Part shown: positions 1-9,627 of the stretch, one piece after another | Numbering within the stretch: position 1 is the stretch's first letter | Layout: each line of letters begins with the position of its first letter | Origin: a virus | IMG/VR virus record: IMGVR_UViG_3300050343_000230 | Span: 13,500 to 77,499 of that record | DNA length: 64,000 nt | Direction: 5' to 3' (one strand) | The notes under the pieces: generated by a model | The model's database searches: none | The model's input: only the letters and a program-made list of their open reading frames with translations | Told to the model about the DNA's origin: nothing | Program-made: the position numbers and the translations under genes

Positions 1-29
1 GCAGCTAAAAAAGCTAAGGACAAAAGATC

Positions 30-152
30 ATGAAACAAGCTAAAAAAGATTTACAGAAAATCTCCAAACAGTTAAAAGGCAGTGCCAAGATGCATGCCAG
101 CCAAGCTAAAAAAATTGACAAGCTTGCCGGTAAATACATGGAGAAAAAATAA
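30..152 (+). CDS. small basic hypothetical protein (40 aa)
   Basis: MKQAKKDLQKISKQLKGSAKMHASQAKK...; coupled to neighbours by ATGA and TAATG overlaps; below the ORF-track cutoff. Confidence 0.6.
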   Translation: MKQAKKDLQKISKQLKGSAKMHASQAKKIDKLAGKYMEKK

Positions 153-850
153 TGGATTTAGCAGGTAAATTGATGGGCGGACTTAAATCTGTTGCAGGAG
201 CAGGTTTAAATTTATTGCCAGACAGAATCAATTTGTTTGGTCGTTACTTGACAGGTGTCGGTAATTCTAATTTGCAATTAGATCGTTCTACTGAACAATC
301 CTTAATCAATGCAACTGAAAAACCTCCTGTCTCTATGGGAATGGTACGTAGTTGGCCAGATCAAAGAACTGCAATAGAAGGTGATCTTTCTAAAAGCAAG
401 ATGGTAGAAAGCCCAGTGGTTGCAGCAGGCCCAGGCATTCCAACCTCTGGTCCAACGATGCCATATATGAGTGGTGATCAAGTAGCTTCTCAAACACTCG
501 GACGCTTTAATGCAGAAGTGACTCCAACCACTGTTCGTGTTAAAGATACTTATGACATGGTCAATGAATCAGAAGATCCTGATTTAGTTAGCGGTCAATT
601 CCAACCAGGCAAAGCGTATAGAACTTTGCAAGGAGCTTTTGATCCGACAAAAATTTATCATCCAAGGATTGATCAACTACAAGATATCAGCCATTTACTA
701 AAACCTGAAGAAAAAGATTTTGGTGCTTACATGCGCGAGGTGGGTAAAGGCACAACAAGAAGTCCCTTAACAGATGTGGCTCGTGCTGCCATGTACGCAT
801 TACCTGTTCAATTTCAACCGTATGAAATTGATTACACGATTCAACGCTAA
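152..850 (+). CDS. hypothetical protein
   Basis: 232-aa ORF, translationally coupled within the operon. Confidence 0.7.
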   Translation: MDLAGKLMGGLKSVAGAGLNLLPDRINLFGRYLTGVGNSNLQLDRSTEQSLINATEKPPVSMGMVRSWPDQRTAIEGDLSKSKMVESPVVAAGPGIPTSGPTMPYMSGDQVASQTLGRFNAEVTPTTVRVKDTYDMVNESEDPDLVSGQFQPGKAYRTLQGAFDPTKIYHPRIDQLQDISHLLKPEEKDFGAYMREVGKGTTRSPLTDVARAAMYALPVQFQPYEIDYTIQR

Positions 851-852
851 CC

Positions 853-1062
853 ATGGCAGACAAAGCAATCCAATCTGACGGTACGACCAAACGTTACCTC
901 CCCAAGAAAGCATGGGCTTCTCTTTCCAAAGAAGAAAGGGAAGATACTGACCGCAAGAAACGAGAGGGATCTCGTAAAGGAAAACAATTTGTCGGTAACA
1001 CAGAGAAAGCAAAGAAAGCTGGTAAAGCTGCTAGGATGTATAAAAGTAAGGCTGGTAAATAA
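853..1062 (+). CDS. small basic hypothetical protein
   Basis: K/R-rich 69 aa (RYLPKKAWASLS); TAATG coupling to the next gene. Confidence 0.7.
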   Translation: MADKAIQSDGTTKRYLPKKAWASLSKEEREDTDRKKREGSRKGKQFVGNTEKAKKAGKAARMYKSKAGK

Positions 1063-3443
1063 TGGCCGGAACGAGCGCCCGTCTAAGAGAAATCGTTAAC
1101 TCATACATCGAAAGAGATGGTAATGAGTACGTTGACACGGGCATTGTCGCAGGTCATATCGCTCAGATGAAGCTCTTTGGTATCCGCCAAGGTGTTGAGT
1201 TCTTCCCTTCACAAGATAACTTCGGGAATCAGCGAAAAGATTTTATCGATAAAGTAATTAAATACAACAAGCTAGACACAAGACTTGATTCGATATGGGA
1301 TTATTTTCTTTGTGATGGAAAAGGGCTTTTCTACATCAGACCTACTAAAAATAATTATCGTCTCTATTATTTCCGTAGCCATGAGTATCGCTCTTATTAC
1401 AACGTAGATGGTGAATTAGAAGAAGTCGTAATCATCTACAGCTATAAAGTCAAGACTGGAAAAGGAGGCATTTACCAGGACATTGGTTTGTCCGGACTAA
1501 GTGGTGCCACTGATCATGAAAATCCTGGACAGAAGCGTTACATCCGTTTGTCAATCAAACCTGATGTTATCGAAGAAACTCACTCAGAAGGTGAAATTTC
1601 ATTTGACAATGTCAACATGATGACCCCTGGCAAAACCCAGAAATTTGCCAATGAGCTTTTATATATTCCTTGCGTTGAGATCTTCAACAACCCCAAGGGC
1701 TTCTCCATGGAAGGCAGTGGGGAATTTGACCAATTAGCCAACCACATCATTACGCATGATGAGTTGGTACGCAACATGAAAAAGAACTTGCAGTTCTTTG
1801 GTAATCCTACGTTGCTTTCTTCCCGTCCCAAGACGGATCTGATGGAGCCAGGGGGAGGTGGGGATGGATCTGCGCAACGTCCCTCTATTGCTGCAAACTC
1901 AGGTTTCAATAGTATGTCGCCAATGTCGCGATCTACCTTTAAACAAGATCCTATTCAACGTGGTGTTGACGGACAACTCCGTGTGCCACGTGTTATTGCC
2001 AACCTTGAGCCTAACGATCGAGTTGGTTATATTGTTCCTGATGCAATTTCAGGTGACCAGAATGCATTTGTACGACAATATAGAGAAGAGATTCGTACAG
2101 CCCTTGGAGGTGTAGATGAACTTTCAATCTCCGCAGGTGTTACTGCGACCGAATATAAAAGTTTGTTTGGTCGTGTTGCAGCCACCAGCAAAAAGAAAGC
2201 GAATTCGATTTATACGCATGGGCTCTGCCGATGCATGGAACTAATCATTTTTCAAGAGGAACAACTCTTCAAAGATACATTGGCAGCTGCTGCACAATTT
2301 GAAAAACCAATCACGCCTTCGCCAGGAAGTGGTCCAGAAGAAATGCAGTTTTATCGCGAGGCGATGGAAGAATATGACCAGCGTGTAAATCAACTTATGA
2401 TGGCATGCGTTAAAGCACAGATGATTCCACCTGGTGTTAGGGGACTAATACCAGATGGAGACATTACAATGCTTTGGCGTTGGCTTGGGCCGGTTTATGA
2501 AGAATCGACTCAAGATATCCTGAACAATTCAATTGTTGTAAGAAACTTACAAGAATTGGGTGTTGATAGCATAGAAGCACTGAAATATCTTTTCCCTTCA
2601 AAAACAGAAGAGGAAAGAGCGGAGATGCTTTCAGGATTTCCGTTCAGGATGGTTAACGAGTTACAAGGTGCTTACAACCAATTCTCTCGTTTGATAGGGG
2701 GCATGATGCAGACCCCTCATCCCCAATCTCCAGATTTGCCTATGGCAGCTGACCCGAGATTGGACCTTACTCCATATCTGTATCGAACACTAGAAGCATT
2801 ACAAAAGGAGATGAGTTATGCAGGACGCTTCCGTCCAATCGATCCCACAGATGAGCCAGCCATCCGTGGCCCCGAGCAGTTACGTGGCGGCAGCACCGGC
2901 AGCTCCGGTAGCGGCTCCTCAGGCAGCCCCGGCTCAGGTGGGGACGTACTTCCCCCAGGCGGTGCCCCAGGCGGCTCCAGCCTCGACTACCAGTTACCAA
3001 TCAAACCCGTCAGCATTCGTCCCCCCTTCCCAGGGCCAGGCGGATCAGGGGAACCCATGGGAATCGGCCTTCAACAAGGTGGTGAACCTACTGGGCAGTC
3101 CGGTGCAATCCCCGTTCCAGGGAGCACCATCACAGGCCCCGGTTCAGACTCCGGGTCAGTATACCCCGGCCAATTGGGGTCAAACAGCATCGACCCAACC
3201 CGACGCATCAACGAGCTGGGGTCAGCAGACCTCGCAAACAAGCCCGACCTCATACAGCAGCTCTTCCCAAACTTCATCGATCAACTCCTTAGCCGACGTG
3301 GCGGATCTCCTTCAGTGGAGTCCGGAGAGTCAGATGGTAGTGGCGAACTACGGGACGGAAGCGCCAGCGATTCTAAACCAGTACGCTCTAAACCTGGAAG
3401 GAATGCTGGACAGCGCGGTCGCGTGGGGAAGCGAGGCAACTAA
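1062..3443 (+). CDS. putative portal protein with overprinted G/S/P-rich C-terminal extension
   Basis: ~585-aa globular core upstream of the scaffold and major capsid genes; the last ~208 codons are low-complexity and overlap the next ORF. Function inferred from size and synteny. Confidence 0.55.
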   Translation: MAGTSARLREIVNSYIERDGNEYVDTGIVAGHIAQMKLFGIRQGVEFFPSQDNFGNQRKDFIDKVIKYNKLDTRLDSIWDYFLCDGKGLFYIRPTKNNYRLYYFRSHEYRSYYNVDGELEEVVIIYSYKVKTGKGGIYQDIGLSGLSGATDHENPGQKRYIRLSIKPDVIEETHSEGEISFDNVNMMTPGKTQKFANELLYIPCVEIFNNPKGFSMEGSGEFDQLANHIITHDELVRNMKKNLQFFGNPTLLSSRPKTDLMEPGGGGDGSAQRPSIAANSGFNSMSPMSRSTFKQDPIQRGVDGQLRVPRVIANLEPNDRVGYIVPDAISGDQNAFVRQYREEIRTALGGVDELSISAGVTATEYKSLFGRVAATSKKKANSIYTHGLCRCMELIIFQEEQLFKDTLAAAAQFEKPITPSPGSGPEEMQFYREAMEEYDQRVNQLMMACVKAQMIPPGVRGLIPDGDITMLWRWLGPVYEESTQDILNNSIVVRNLQELGVDSIEALKYLFPSKTEEERAEMLSGFPFRMVNELQGAYNQFSRLIGGMMQTPHPQSPDLPMAADPRLDLTPYLYRTLEALQKEMSYAGRFRPIDPTDEPAIRGPEQLRGGSTGSSGSGSSGSPGSGGDVLPPGGAPGGSSLDYQLPIKPVSIRPPFPGPGGSGEPMGIGLQQGGEPTGQSGAIPVPGSTITGPGSDSGSVYPGQLGSNSIDPTRRINELGSADLANKPDLIQQLFPNFIDQLLSRRGGSPSVESGESDGSGELRDGSASDSKPVRSKPGRNAGQRGRVGKRGN

Positions 3444-3816
3444 CACCCTGATGGGTTATGCCAACTTCTCCGTCAATGAGCATCGCGAGAATCTGGCTTA
3501 CAACGAAATTCTTACTAACCCTGACATCTTGTCGGATTACACCTTGAATTTCTTTGGTCCTCAAGGTCCATATCCAGTCTACGAATCTGAAGCAGAATTA
3601 GCTACCCCTGGTTATCCAACTCAGCAGGTATCTAACGAGCAAATGATTCCTGGCGCAAACTTCCCTGCACCTCCACAGGCTGCTGCTCCTCAAGCTCCCC
3701 AAGATTTCTGGGGTTCTTTCAAGCAACAGATGGATCAAGATCCTACGCAAGCATGGCGTGTGATCAACCAGGCTTCACCTCAGGTGATGGCTAACAAACT
3801 CTTCGTCATGGAGTGA
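2818..3816 (+). CDS. putative capsid scaffolding/assembly protein
   Basis: A/P/Q-rich 332 aa between the portal-like and capsid genes; AAAGGAG SD upstream of the ATG. Confidence 0.55.
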   Translation: MQDASVQSIPQMSQPSVAPSSYVAAAPAAPVAAPQAAPAQVGTYFPQAVPQAAPASTTSYQSNPSAFVPPSQGQADQGNPWESAFNKVVNLLGSPVQSPFQGAPSQAPVQTPGQYTPANWGQTASTQPDASTSWGQQTSQTSPTSYSSSSQTSSINSLADVADLLQWSPESQMVVANYGTEAPAILNQYALNLEGMLDSAVAWGSEATNTLMGYANFSVNEHRENLAYNEILTNPDILSDYTLNFFGPQGPYPVYESEAELATPGYPTQQVSNEQMIPGANFPAPPQAAAPQAPQDFWGSFKQQMDQDPTQAWRVINQASPQVMANKLFVME

Positions 3817-3820
3817 TCCA

Positions 3821-4342
3821 ATGCGTAACGCTTTGAAATATGGTATTCCTGCGGCTGCCGGTCTCGGCGCTGCAGGTCTTGTTGCCAGTCAAGGCGGGAA
3901 TCCTGTTGAAGCCGGTGGCGCTGCTATTGCTGCTGGCTTAGGCGGTGCTGCTGGTTTAGTAGGCGCTCGTCTACTTGCGGGTAAATACAGCCCTCAATTA
4001 GTATCTAAAATCCAACGTGGTTTAGGTACAGTTGAGGATCGGCTTTCCCAGGCAAGTGCAAATCGCCCTGATGGTTCGATGAGAGCCAATGCCTTACTGG
4101 ATTTATCTAGCGCGGCAGGTAACATTGCTGATTCAGTCACTGAACGTGGCATGGCTAAAGCTACTGCTGCTGGCCTAGTTCCAGCTTCTGCTGCTACTGC
4201 TGCCCTTGGCGGCTATGGTGCAGGACAAGCAGTTGGTGCTGTTGCCCAAATGATTGGCATTGATCCAGAACTCCCTGGTTCAAGCAATACAGTTAATTCC
4301 CGATTAAACATGCAAGGTATGAACTACCTTCCCATGTATTGA
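3821..4342 (+). CDS. G/A-rich hydrophobic virion-associated protein
   Basis: Gly/Ala-rich hydrophobic helices; located in the head module. Confidence 0.5.
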   Translation: MRNALKYGIPAAAGLGAAGLVASQGGNPVEAGGAAIAAGLGGAAGLVGARLLAGKYSPQLVSKIQRGLGTVEDRLSQASANRPDGSMRANALLDLSSAAGNIADSVTERGMAKATAAGLVPASAATAALGGYGAGQAVGAVAQMIGIDPELPGSSNTVNSRLNMQGMNYLPMY

Positions 4343-4453
4343 TTAGCACTTAAAATATTTAAGACTGCTAAACTTTTATTTAGATAGGGTGATTGTTTTG
4401 CCCGAATCTTTCGTTTGACAAACTTACTATCCGTATACGGAGGATAAACACAA

Positions 4454-5617
4454 GTGTTTTTAGATAACGACTTTCCTAAGATTTTAGGTGCGGAACTATA
4501 CCGTCCGCATCCCGCTTATGTCTGTGAAATGGCTGTCGAGCCTGTAGTCGTACATGACTTCACCTCGCAGCCCGGCCAGACCGTGCAGCTGGATCGCTAT
4601 AAGTTCTGGGGAACTCCTGGTACTAAGGATTCACGCGAGCGTATTGCTGACCAGACTATTGGTACAGCTAATAGCCGTAACATCACGAAGGAGAAAGTCC
4701 TCGTGGTGCTTAAGGAATACACCGGCCCTGCGGACCCAGGTGATCCTACCCAGCCTTCAACCTTTAAGATTGCTCGTGAGACCCTGGTCACCGCGCAGCG
4801 TTTGCTGCTCGACACTGGCAACTTGAACATGTTCCACCAGTCAATCGGTAGCTTGACGCTGCTTGATGACTATCGTCGTTGGCGTGACCGCGTCTTCATT
4901 GACGAACTTGCAAAAGCAGAAGCACAAGGTGCAGCTTCTTCAAGCCAAGGCGGTTATTACTTCGCTGGTGGTAAAGGTAAAGATGGTACTGGCCGTATTT
5001 CTTATACAGCTGCTGAGTACACCGCACAAGTACAACAGTTCTCTGTTCGTACCGACCTTCTCGAAGTTGTAAAAGATCTTCGTAAGCGCAACGTACCTAC
5101 ATTTGCTGATGGTCTGTATCGCTGTATTTGCGATCCTACCTTCATGATGCACTTGCGTCGTGACGAAGATTTCCGTGAGATCGCTCGCTACGCAGGCAAT
5201 CCTGGACAAGGCATGTACATGGCTAACCCCATGATGCCTAACAACTCCAGTTTCTACATGGGACCACAAGCTGGTCAGGGCTACTTCCTGGCTGGTGAAC
5301 CTGTGATGCCTACTGGCGTTCAGTTTGAAGGCGTTAAGTTCTTTGAGTCAACCAACTTCCCAAATAAGAGTGTAACCACCTCATTTGATGCGGGTGCTAA
5401 CTACGCTTCTGAAGAAGTTGCACAAGGTTACTTCTTCGGTCCTCAGTCTGTTGGTGTTGGTATTGGCGGTCCTAACGCACAAGTACTCATTAACAACAAT
5501 GATGACTTCTCTCGCTTTATCATCCTGATTTGGCAGCTCTATGCTGGTTTCGAGGTCTTGAACAAAGACTTCATCACTACTGCATTCAGCTACCTCTCCG
5601 ATGACGGCGTAGTCTGA
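4454..5617 (+). CDS. major capsid protein
   Basis: 387 aa, GTG start after GGAGG, strongly biased codon usage, C-terminal DFSRFIILIWQLYAGFEVLN typical of HK97-fold/N4-gp56-like capsids, follows the scaffold. Confidence 0.75.
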   Translation: MFLDNDFPKILGAELYRPHPAYVCEMAVEPVVVHDFTSQPGQTVQLDRYKFWGTPGTKDSRERIADQTIGTANSRNITKEKVLVVLKEYTGPADPGDPTQPSTFKIARETLVTAQRLLLDTGNLNMFHQSIGSLTLLDDYRRWRDRVFIDELAKAEAQGAASSSQGGYYFAGGKGKDGTGRISYTAAEYTAQVQQFSVRTDLLEVVKDLRKRNVPTFADGLYRCICDPTFMMHLRRDEDFREIARYAGNPGQGMYMANPMMPNNSSFYMGPQAGQGYFLAGEPVMPTGVQFEGVKFFESTNFPNKSVTTSFDAGANYASEEVAQGYFFGPQSVGVGIGGPNAQVLINNNDDFSRFIILIWQLYAGFEVLNKDFITTAFSYLSDDGVV

Positions 5618-5647
5618 TCATAAATAAGTAAACCTCTATCAAGAAAA

Positions 5648-6415
5648 ATGGCATACTTATCTGCTAAGAAAATCTTCCCAGGTGACATGACTGAACCCCT
5701 TAATGGGTGGTATCAGAATATTGACACTACTGGTGGATCACAAAATAATGCATCCTTGGCAGGCCCGACTTCGGTCTTGGCCAATCCTGGATGGCAGTTT
5801 TATCAACTGCGTGGATACGTACCTGTTACCAATACTGTTGGTGCAGGCTACGTCACTGTGGGCGATGTGATCATCCCTTCTCCTTACAAGAATGATGACA
5901 CCCGCGTCAACATCACTGGCATGACTGTCACTGCTGATGCTGAGCGCCCTGCTTACGTTTATCGCACTGCTGTTTCCGTAGCCTCTGGCTGGGGTGACGG
6001 ACGCGTTGCACTGGATGGCATCACTACTTCTGGCGCTACTCAGGTAATCGGTTTCGGTCCTGGTACTGCTACTGCTCCTGTAAGTTTCTCAGGTGTAGTT
6101 GAAGGAGCTAATATCACTGCTGCTGCTAGCAATCTTGCTGCAGGTACTGGTGGATTGGGTGCTTGCCCTCTAGATTCTTCTGTTGATTACGAAGTCTTAA
6201 CTGCTAACACAAACTTCCGTGTTTATTCCAAAGCATTGACTAACTCCACTGCCACTAATGGCGGCTGGGCTATCTCTAATGCTGACGCAGCTGCTGGCCG
6301 TGCTGGCTACATCCTTTGCGAAGTTTGCTTCGTACGTCAAGATGTTCCTGTCGATTACGACGAGCTTGAGCAGTATCTTCCCTACAAGATCGCTTCTAAC
6401 TATCCTGGTTATTGA
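5648..6415 (+). CDS. virion structural protein (minor capsid/decoration candidate)
   Basis: T/G/A-rich, highly expressed codon bias, directly after the MCP. Confidence 0.55.
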   Translation: MAYLSAKKIFPGDMTEPLNGWYQNIDTTGGSQNNASLAGPTSVLANPGWQFYQLRGYVPVTNTVGAGYVTVGDVIIPSPYKNDDTRVNITGMTVTADAERPAYVYRTAVSVASGWGDGRVALDGITTSGATQVIGFGPGTATAPVSFSGVVEGANITAAASNLAAGTGGLGACPLDSSVDYEVLTANTNFRVYSKALTNSTATNGGWAISNADAAAGRAGYILCEVCFVRQDVPVDYDELEQYLPYKIASNYPGY

Positions 6416-6458
6416 TATTTAGGGTAACATGGGGCTAGTTAATAAATAGCTAGTCCCA

Positions 6459-6869
6459 ATGCTCTTTAAACACAATAAAACCGGTGTAAGGTTAAAGATC
6501 GTGTCTGAATGGGATGAGGGCGATTGGTTCATGGTCGAAGACCAAGACGGTCGCATCTTTACTGTTTACAAGACAGAAATTGTTGAAGACAAGGAAGCAT
6601 CTAAGAAGGTTAAAACTCTTCAAGTAAAAGATGCAGCCAAAGGTGACGAGCCTCGTAAATTTCCTACAGATGTTCGGCTTAATGTCAATGGAGCTACGGC
6701 TCAAATGATTGCCGATCATATCAAAGGAGTCGGTCTTAAAACTGCAAAAGAGATTAAGGATTTACAGCTTTCTTTGTCAGGCGAAAGGTTCACTAGCCTT
6801 GAGCAGTTAAAATCGATTCCCCGCGTAGATTGGGACTCAGTGTTTGCAGCTGATCTAATCCGCGTCTAA
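6459..6869 (+). CDS. helix-hairpin-helix (ComEA-like HhH) DNA-binding protein
   Basis: LNVNGATAQMIADHIKGVGLKTAKEI...FTSLEQLKSIPRV matches the HhH pattern. Confidence 0.7.
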   Translation: MLFKHNKTGVRLKIVSEWDEGDWFMVEDQDGRIFTVYKTEIVEDKEASKKVKTLQVKDAAKGDEPRKFPTDVRLNVNGATAQMIADHIKGVGLKTAKEIKDLQLSLSGERFTSLEQLKSIPRVDWDSVFAADLIRV

Positions 6870-6874
6870 TGGTT

Positions 6875-6894
6875 AAGCCCCTGTAGGGGCTTTT
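6875..6894 (+). terminator. intrinsic terminator ending the capsid transcript
   Basis: AAGCCCC-TGTA-GGGGCTT-TT just after the HhH stop codon. Confidence 0.75.
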
Positions 6895-6939
6895 CTATTA
6901 TTTGTGCAGATTATAATTAACAAATACTGACGGTGCATT

Positions 6940-7419
6940 GTGCAGTTATCTGATTTCAATAAAAGCCGCGTCAGGTATCATCTTGGGTATTACGTTACCA
7001 GTGTCCCAGCAGGTGACTATGCGCGGCTAGAAGAAGCTTTGAATTCTGTCCCTGATTCAGTGTTCAACGATAAGATCATTTATCAGATCAATCGTTGTGA
7101 CGCTGCAGAGAAGAAAACACAGCTTGCTTCTTATGAGGATGACTTCACTCCTCCAAGCACAAGAGTCGAAGGTATTGTGGGAGACGTTGATCGTACGATT
7201 CGCTCCAGCAATGTCAAAGATGCTTTGAAAGTATGGGACGAAGTTTATCTGTATGAGACTAATCGTCTTGCACAGATTCTTTATGTACCTAACTACAAAG
7301 ATCCCTTCCAGGCACGTTATCGCTATGAGCGTTCTGGGGCAGAATTTATCATGGCTCTACCAGGCCCAGCTGATACAGCAGTGGGCGCAAACCTTTACCT
7401 TCGCGTTAACTACAGATAG
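6940..7419 (+). CDS. putative head-completion/adaptor protein
   Basis: 159 aa; position after the head genes. Confidence 0.4.
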   Translation: MQLSDFNKSRVRYHLGYYVTSVPAGDYARLEEALNSVPDSVFNDKIIYQINRCDAAEKKTQLASYEDDFTPPSTRVEGIVGDVDRTIRSSNVKDALKVWDEVYLYETNRLAQILYVPNYKDPFQARYRYERSGAEFIMALPGPADTAVGANLYLRVNYR

Positions 7420-7421
7420 CC

Positions 7422-8780
7422 ATGCCCCTTAACTTTCTCGCTAAGCAAGCTGTACGATTTGGCAGGCCGGTTGTTAGTTCTGCTGTTGATGCTATTACAA
7501 ACCCCCAGACTTATATCAAACTGGGAGACCAGGCTAGTGACGTACTGCAACGGACACTTCCGACTCGTTTTCAAGGAGCTGGCTTTAAAGATATCCCGAC
7601 TGCGTTTACTGGAACGCTTAATGATATTGCAGGCATGGCCCCTGGCGCAGCTAGAGAGCAAGCACGTAATAGTGCAAAGACACAATTAAACCAGGTTGCG
7701 CGTTCTTTAGAGCCTACCCTTCGTCGCCCTGCAGGACAAACAGCATCAGGTTTGTTAAGAGCGCCTAACGTAGGCAGTGCAGCACCGCGCCCAACTGTAG
7801 CGACAAGTGTGCCTGTTACACAGCTTCCACAGGCCGGTGGTCCTTTAGCTCGTGATTACGCCTTAGGACGTAGCTCAGGAGCTGTTAATGAAATGGCAGA
7901 TGTTCGTAAGCTTTTAACACAAGCACCTGCTAAAGCCACAAGTTTTTTAAACAACTTAAATCCTTTTAATAAGCCCGGTCGCCTTCTGAATCCCACTGGA
8001 TTTCGTGGGGGTCTTCTTTACGGTACAGCTGCTGACCAACTTCTTCCTCGTATAGGTTTAGATAAAAAGAATACAGCCGCTATTTCCACTGCACTTACAA
8101 TGCCTGGACCCCCATCGTTGAAACTTTTAGCGGGTCTTATGGCGCATGATTTTAACAATCCGCTTGCTACTGGAACCTTGGCGGATGCCCCGCAGCTCAC
8201 TCCTGCACAAATAAAAGTAGCCAATAAAGCGCGTAAAGAACAAGGATTTTCTCCTTTAGGGCCTAATGGAGAAGTAGATAATAGACAAGAAAAGCTAACA
8301 CCACCTAAATCTGAAGAAATCTACGGATCCATTCCTCCTTCTGTCAATGATGATCTTCCCGGACAGAACTATGATTCAAGTGTGACACTGCCTGGTGCAC
8401 CCACAATAAATAATCCTCCTTACGTACCACCCACAACGCTGACACCTGATCCCGTACCTCCTACGCCAACACCAGACATTGGGCAAGCAATGGATCCTTA
8501 TGCATATCAATTAAATGTATATGGACAAGGACGCCAAGATGCTGCTACACAGTCTTCACAAGCTGCTGTGCGTGACCTAGGACTTTCTATTCACAGGCAA
8601 CTGTATCCCGGCCTTTACCCAAATGAAGGGCCTAAAACACCCTTGCAAGAGCCAAGCACAATGAACAATTTGGATGCAATGTCTGAACTAGATGCATCCA
8701 CGAACGCAGTAGAAGAATTAATTGATCCTACAATTCTTGCTCAACTCAATGCAATGAACTTAAGGAGGTCAGGTTATTAA
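7422..8780 (+). CDS. Pro-rich putative internal virion protein
   Basis: 452-aa low-complexity ORF coupled to the transglycosylase gene. Confidence 0.5.
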   Translation: MPLNFLAKQAVRFGRPVVSSAVDAITNPQTYIKLGDQASDVLQRTLPTRFQGAGFKDIPTAFTGTLNDIAGMAPGAAREQARNSAKTQLNQVARSLEPTLRRPAGQTASGLLRAPNVGSAAPRPTVATSVPVTQLPQAGGPLARDYALGRSSGAVNEMADVRKLLTQAPAKATSFLNNLNPFNKPGRLLNPTGFRGGLLYGTAADQLLPRIGLDKKNTAAISTALTMPGPPSLKLLAGLMAHDFNNPLATGTLADAPQLTPAQIKVANKARKEQGFSPLGPNGEVDNRQEKLTPPKSEEIYGSIPPSVNDDLPGQNYDSSVTLPGAPTINNPPYVPPTTLTPDPVPPTPTPDIGQAMDPYAYQLNVYGQGRQDAATQSSQAAVRDLGLSIHRQLYPGLYPNEGPKTPLQEPSTMNNLDAMSELDASTNAVEELIDPTILAQLNAMNLRRSGY

Positions 8781-9598
8781 TGGATTACCAAATCACTGAT
8801 AACGATAAAGCAGCCATTGTCAGAACGGCACAACAGTTAGGAGTTACCCCTATTGAACTAGGAGCCGTTCTTCAGCGTGAGTCAGGCATGAACCCTAATA
8901 TCTGGGGTGGTAAAGGCGGCAATTACTATGGTGCTATTCAATTTGGTGGTCCGGAACGCAAAGAAGCTGGCTTAGATCCTAATAAGATTGGCAACTACAG
9001 CCTGGCAGAGCAAATGCCACATGTTCAAAAATGGCTTGGTGGTCGAGGGTATGAGCGAGGAATGGGAGTAGCTCTTTTATACAACACAATTCTTGGTGGC
9101 AATCCAAATGCCAACATGAATACACAAGATTCGTTTGGTAGTTCAGTAAACAACTCTTTGCGAAGATTCCAACCCGGTGGTGCTGATTACACTGCAGCAC
9201 AGAAAAAGCTAGGAGATCTAACTAGCTACGGTGTAGGGCAAGGCGGTCCAGGCTTCCCCCAACTCTCCTACCAATTCGACGAAGACGGAAACGTTATCGG
9301 CATTGACCCCAGCTCAGCTGGTGGATCTACTACTTCCGGTGGTAATACTTACAACACTACTATCAATGTCACGGAAGGCAAAGATAAAGCGAACTTTATG
9401 GATGCGATCAAAAAGCAACTTATGGGTCAAGCGCTTCTGGACCAGAATAAAAAAAGTTCAACCTCGTACGACCCGATGAGTATTGTCCAGCAGTACACAG
9501 GCATGAATTTAAAGCAATTTATGCCAGGAGAAACGACTAAAGAGGAGACACCTGGATATTTAGATCCAGCAACCTATCTAAACTTAATCAATAAGTAG
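8780..9598 (+). CDS. virion-associated lytic transglycosylase (SLT/lysozyme-like) protein
   Basis: AVLQRESGMNP...YYGAIQF motifs with the catalytic ES. Confidence 0.7.
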   Translation: MDYQITDNDKAAIVRTAQQLGVTPIELGAVLQRESGMNPNIWGGKGGNYYGAIQFGGPERKEAGLDPNKIGNYSLAEQMPHVQKWLGGRGYERGMGVALLYNTILGGNPNANMNTQDSFGSSVNNSLRRFQPGGADYTAAQKKLGDLTSYGVGQGGPGFPQLSYQFDEDGNVIGIDPSSAGGSTTSGGNTYNTTINVTEGKDKANFMDAIKKQLMGQALLDQNKKSSTSYDPMSIVQQYTGMNLKQFMPGETTKEETPGYLDPATYLNLINK

Positions 9599-9627
9599 TA
9601 AAATAAACTGATACTAGAAGTGGAAAC

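Noticed and set aside
6459-6869. psbU call for the HhH protein
   Set aside because: No signal peptide or PsbU-specific motifs; a generic HhH fits better.
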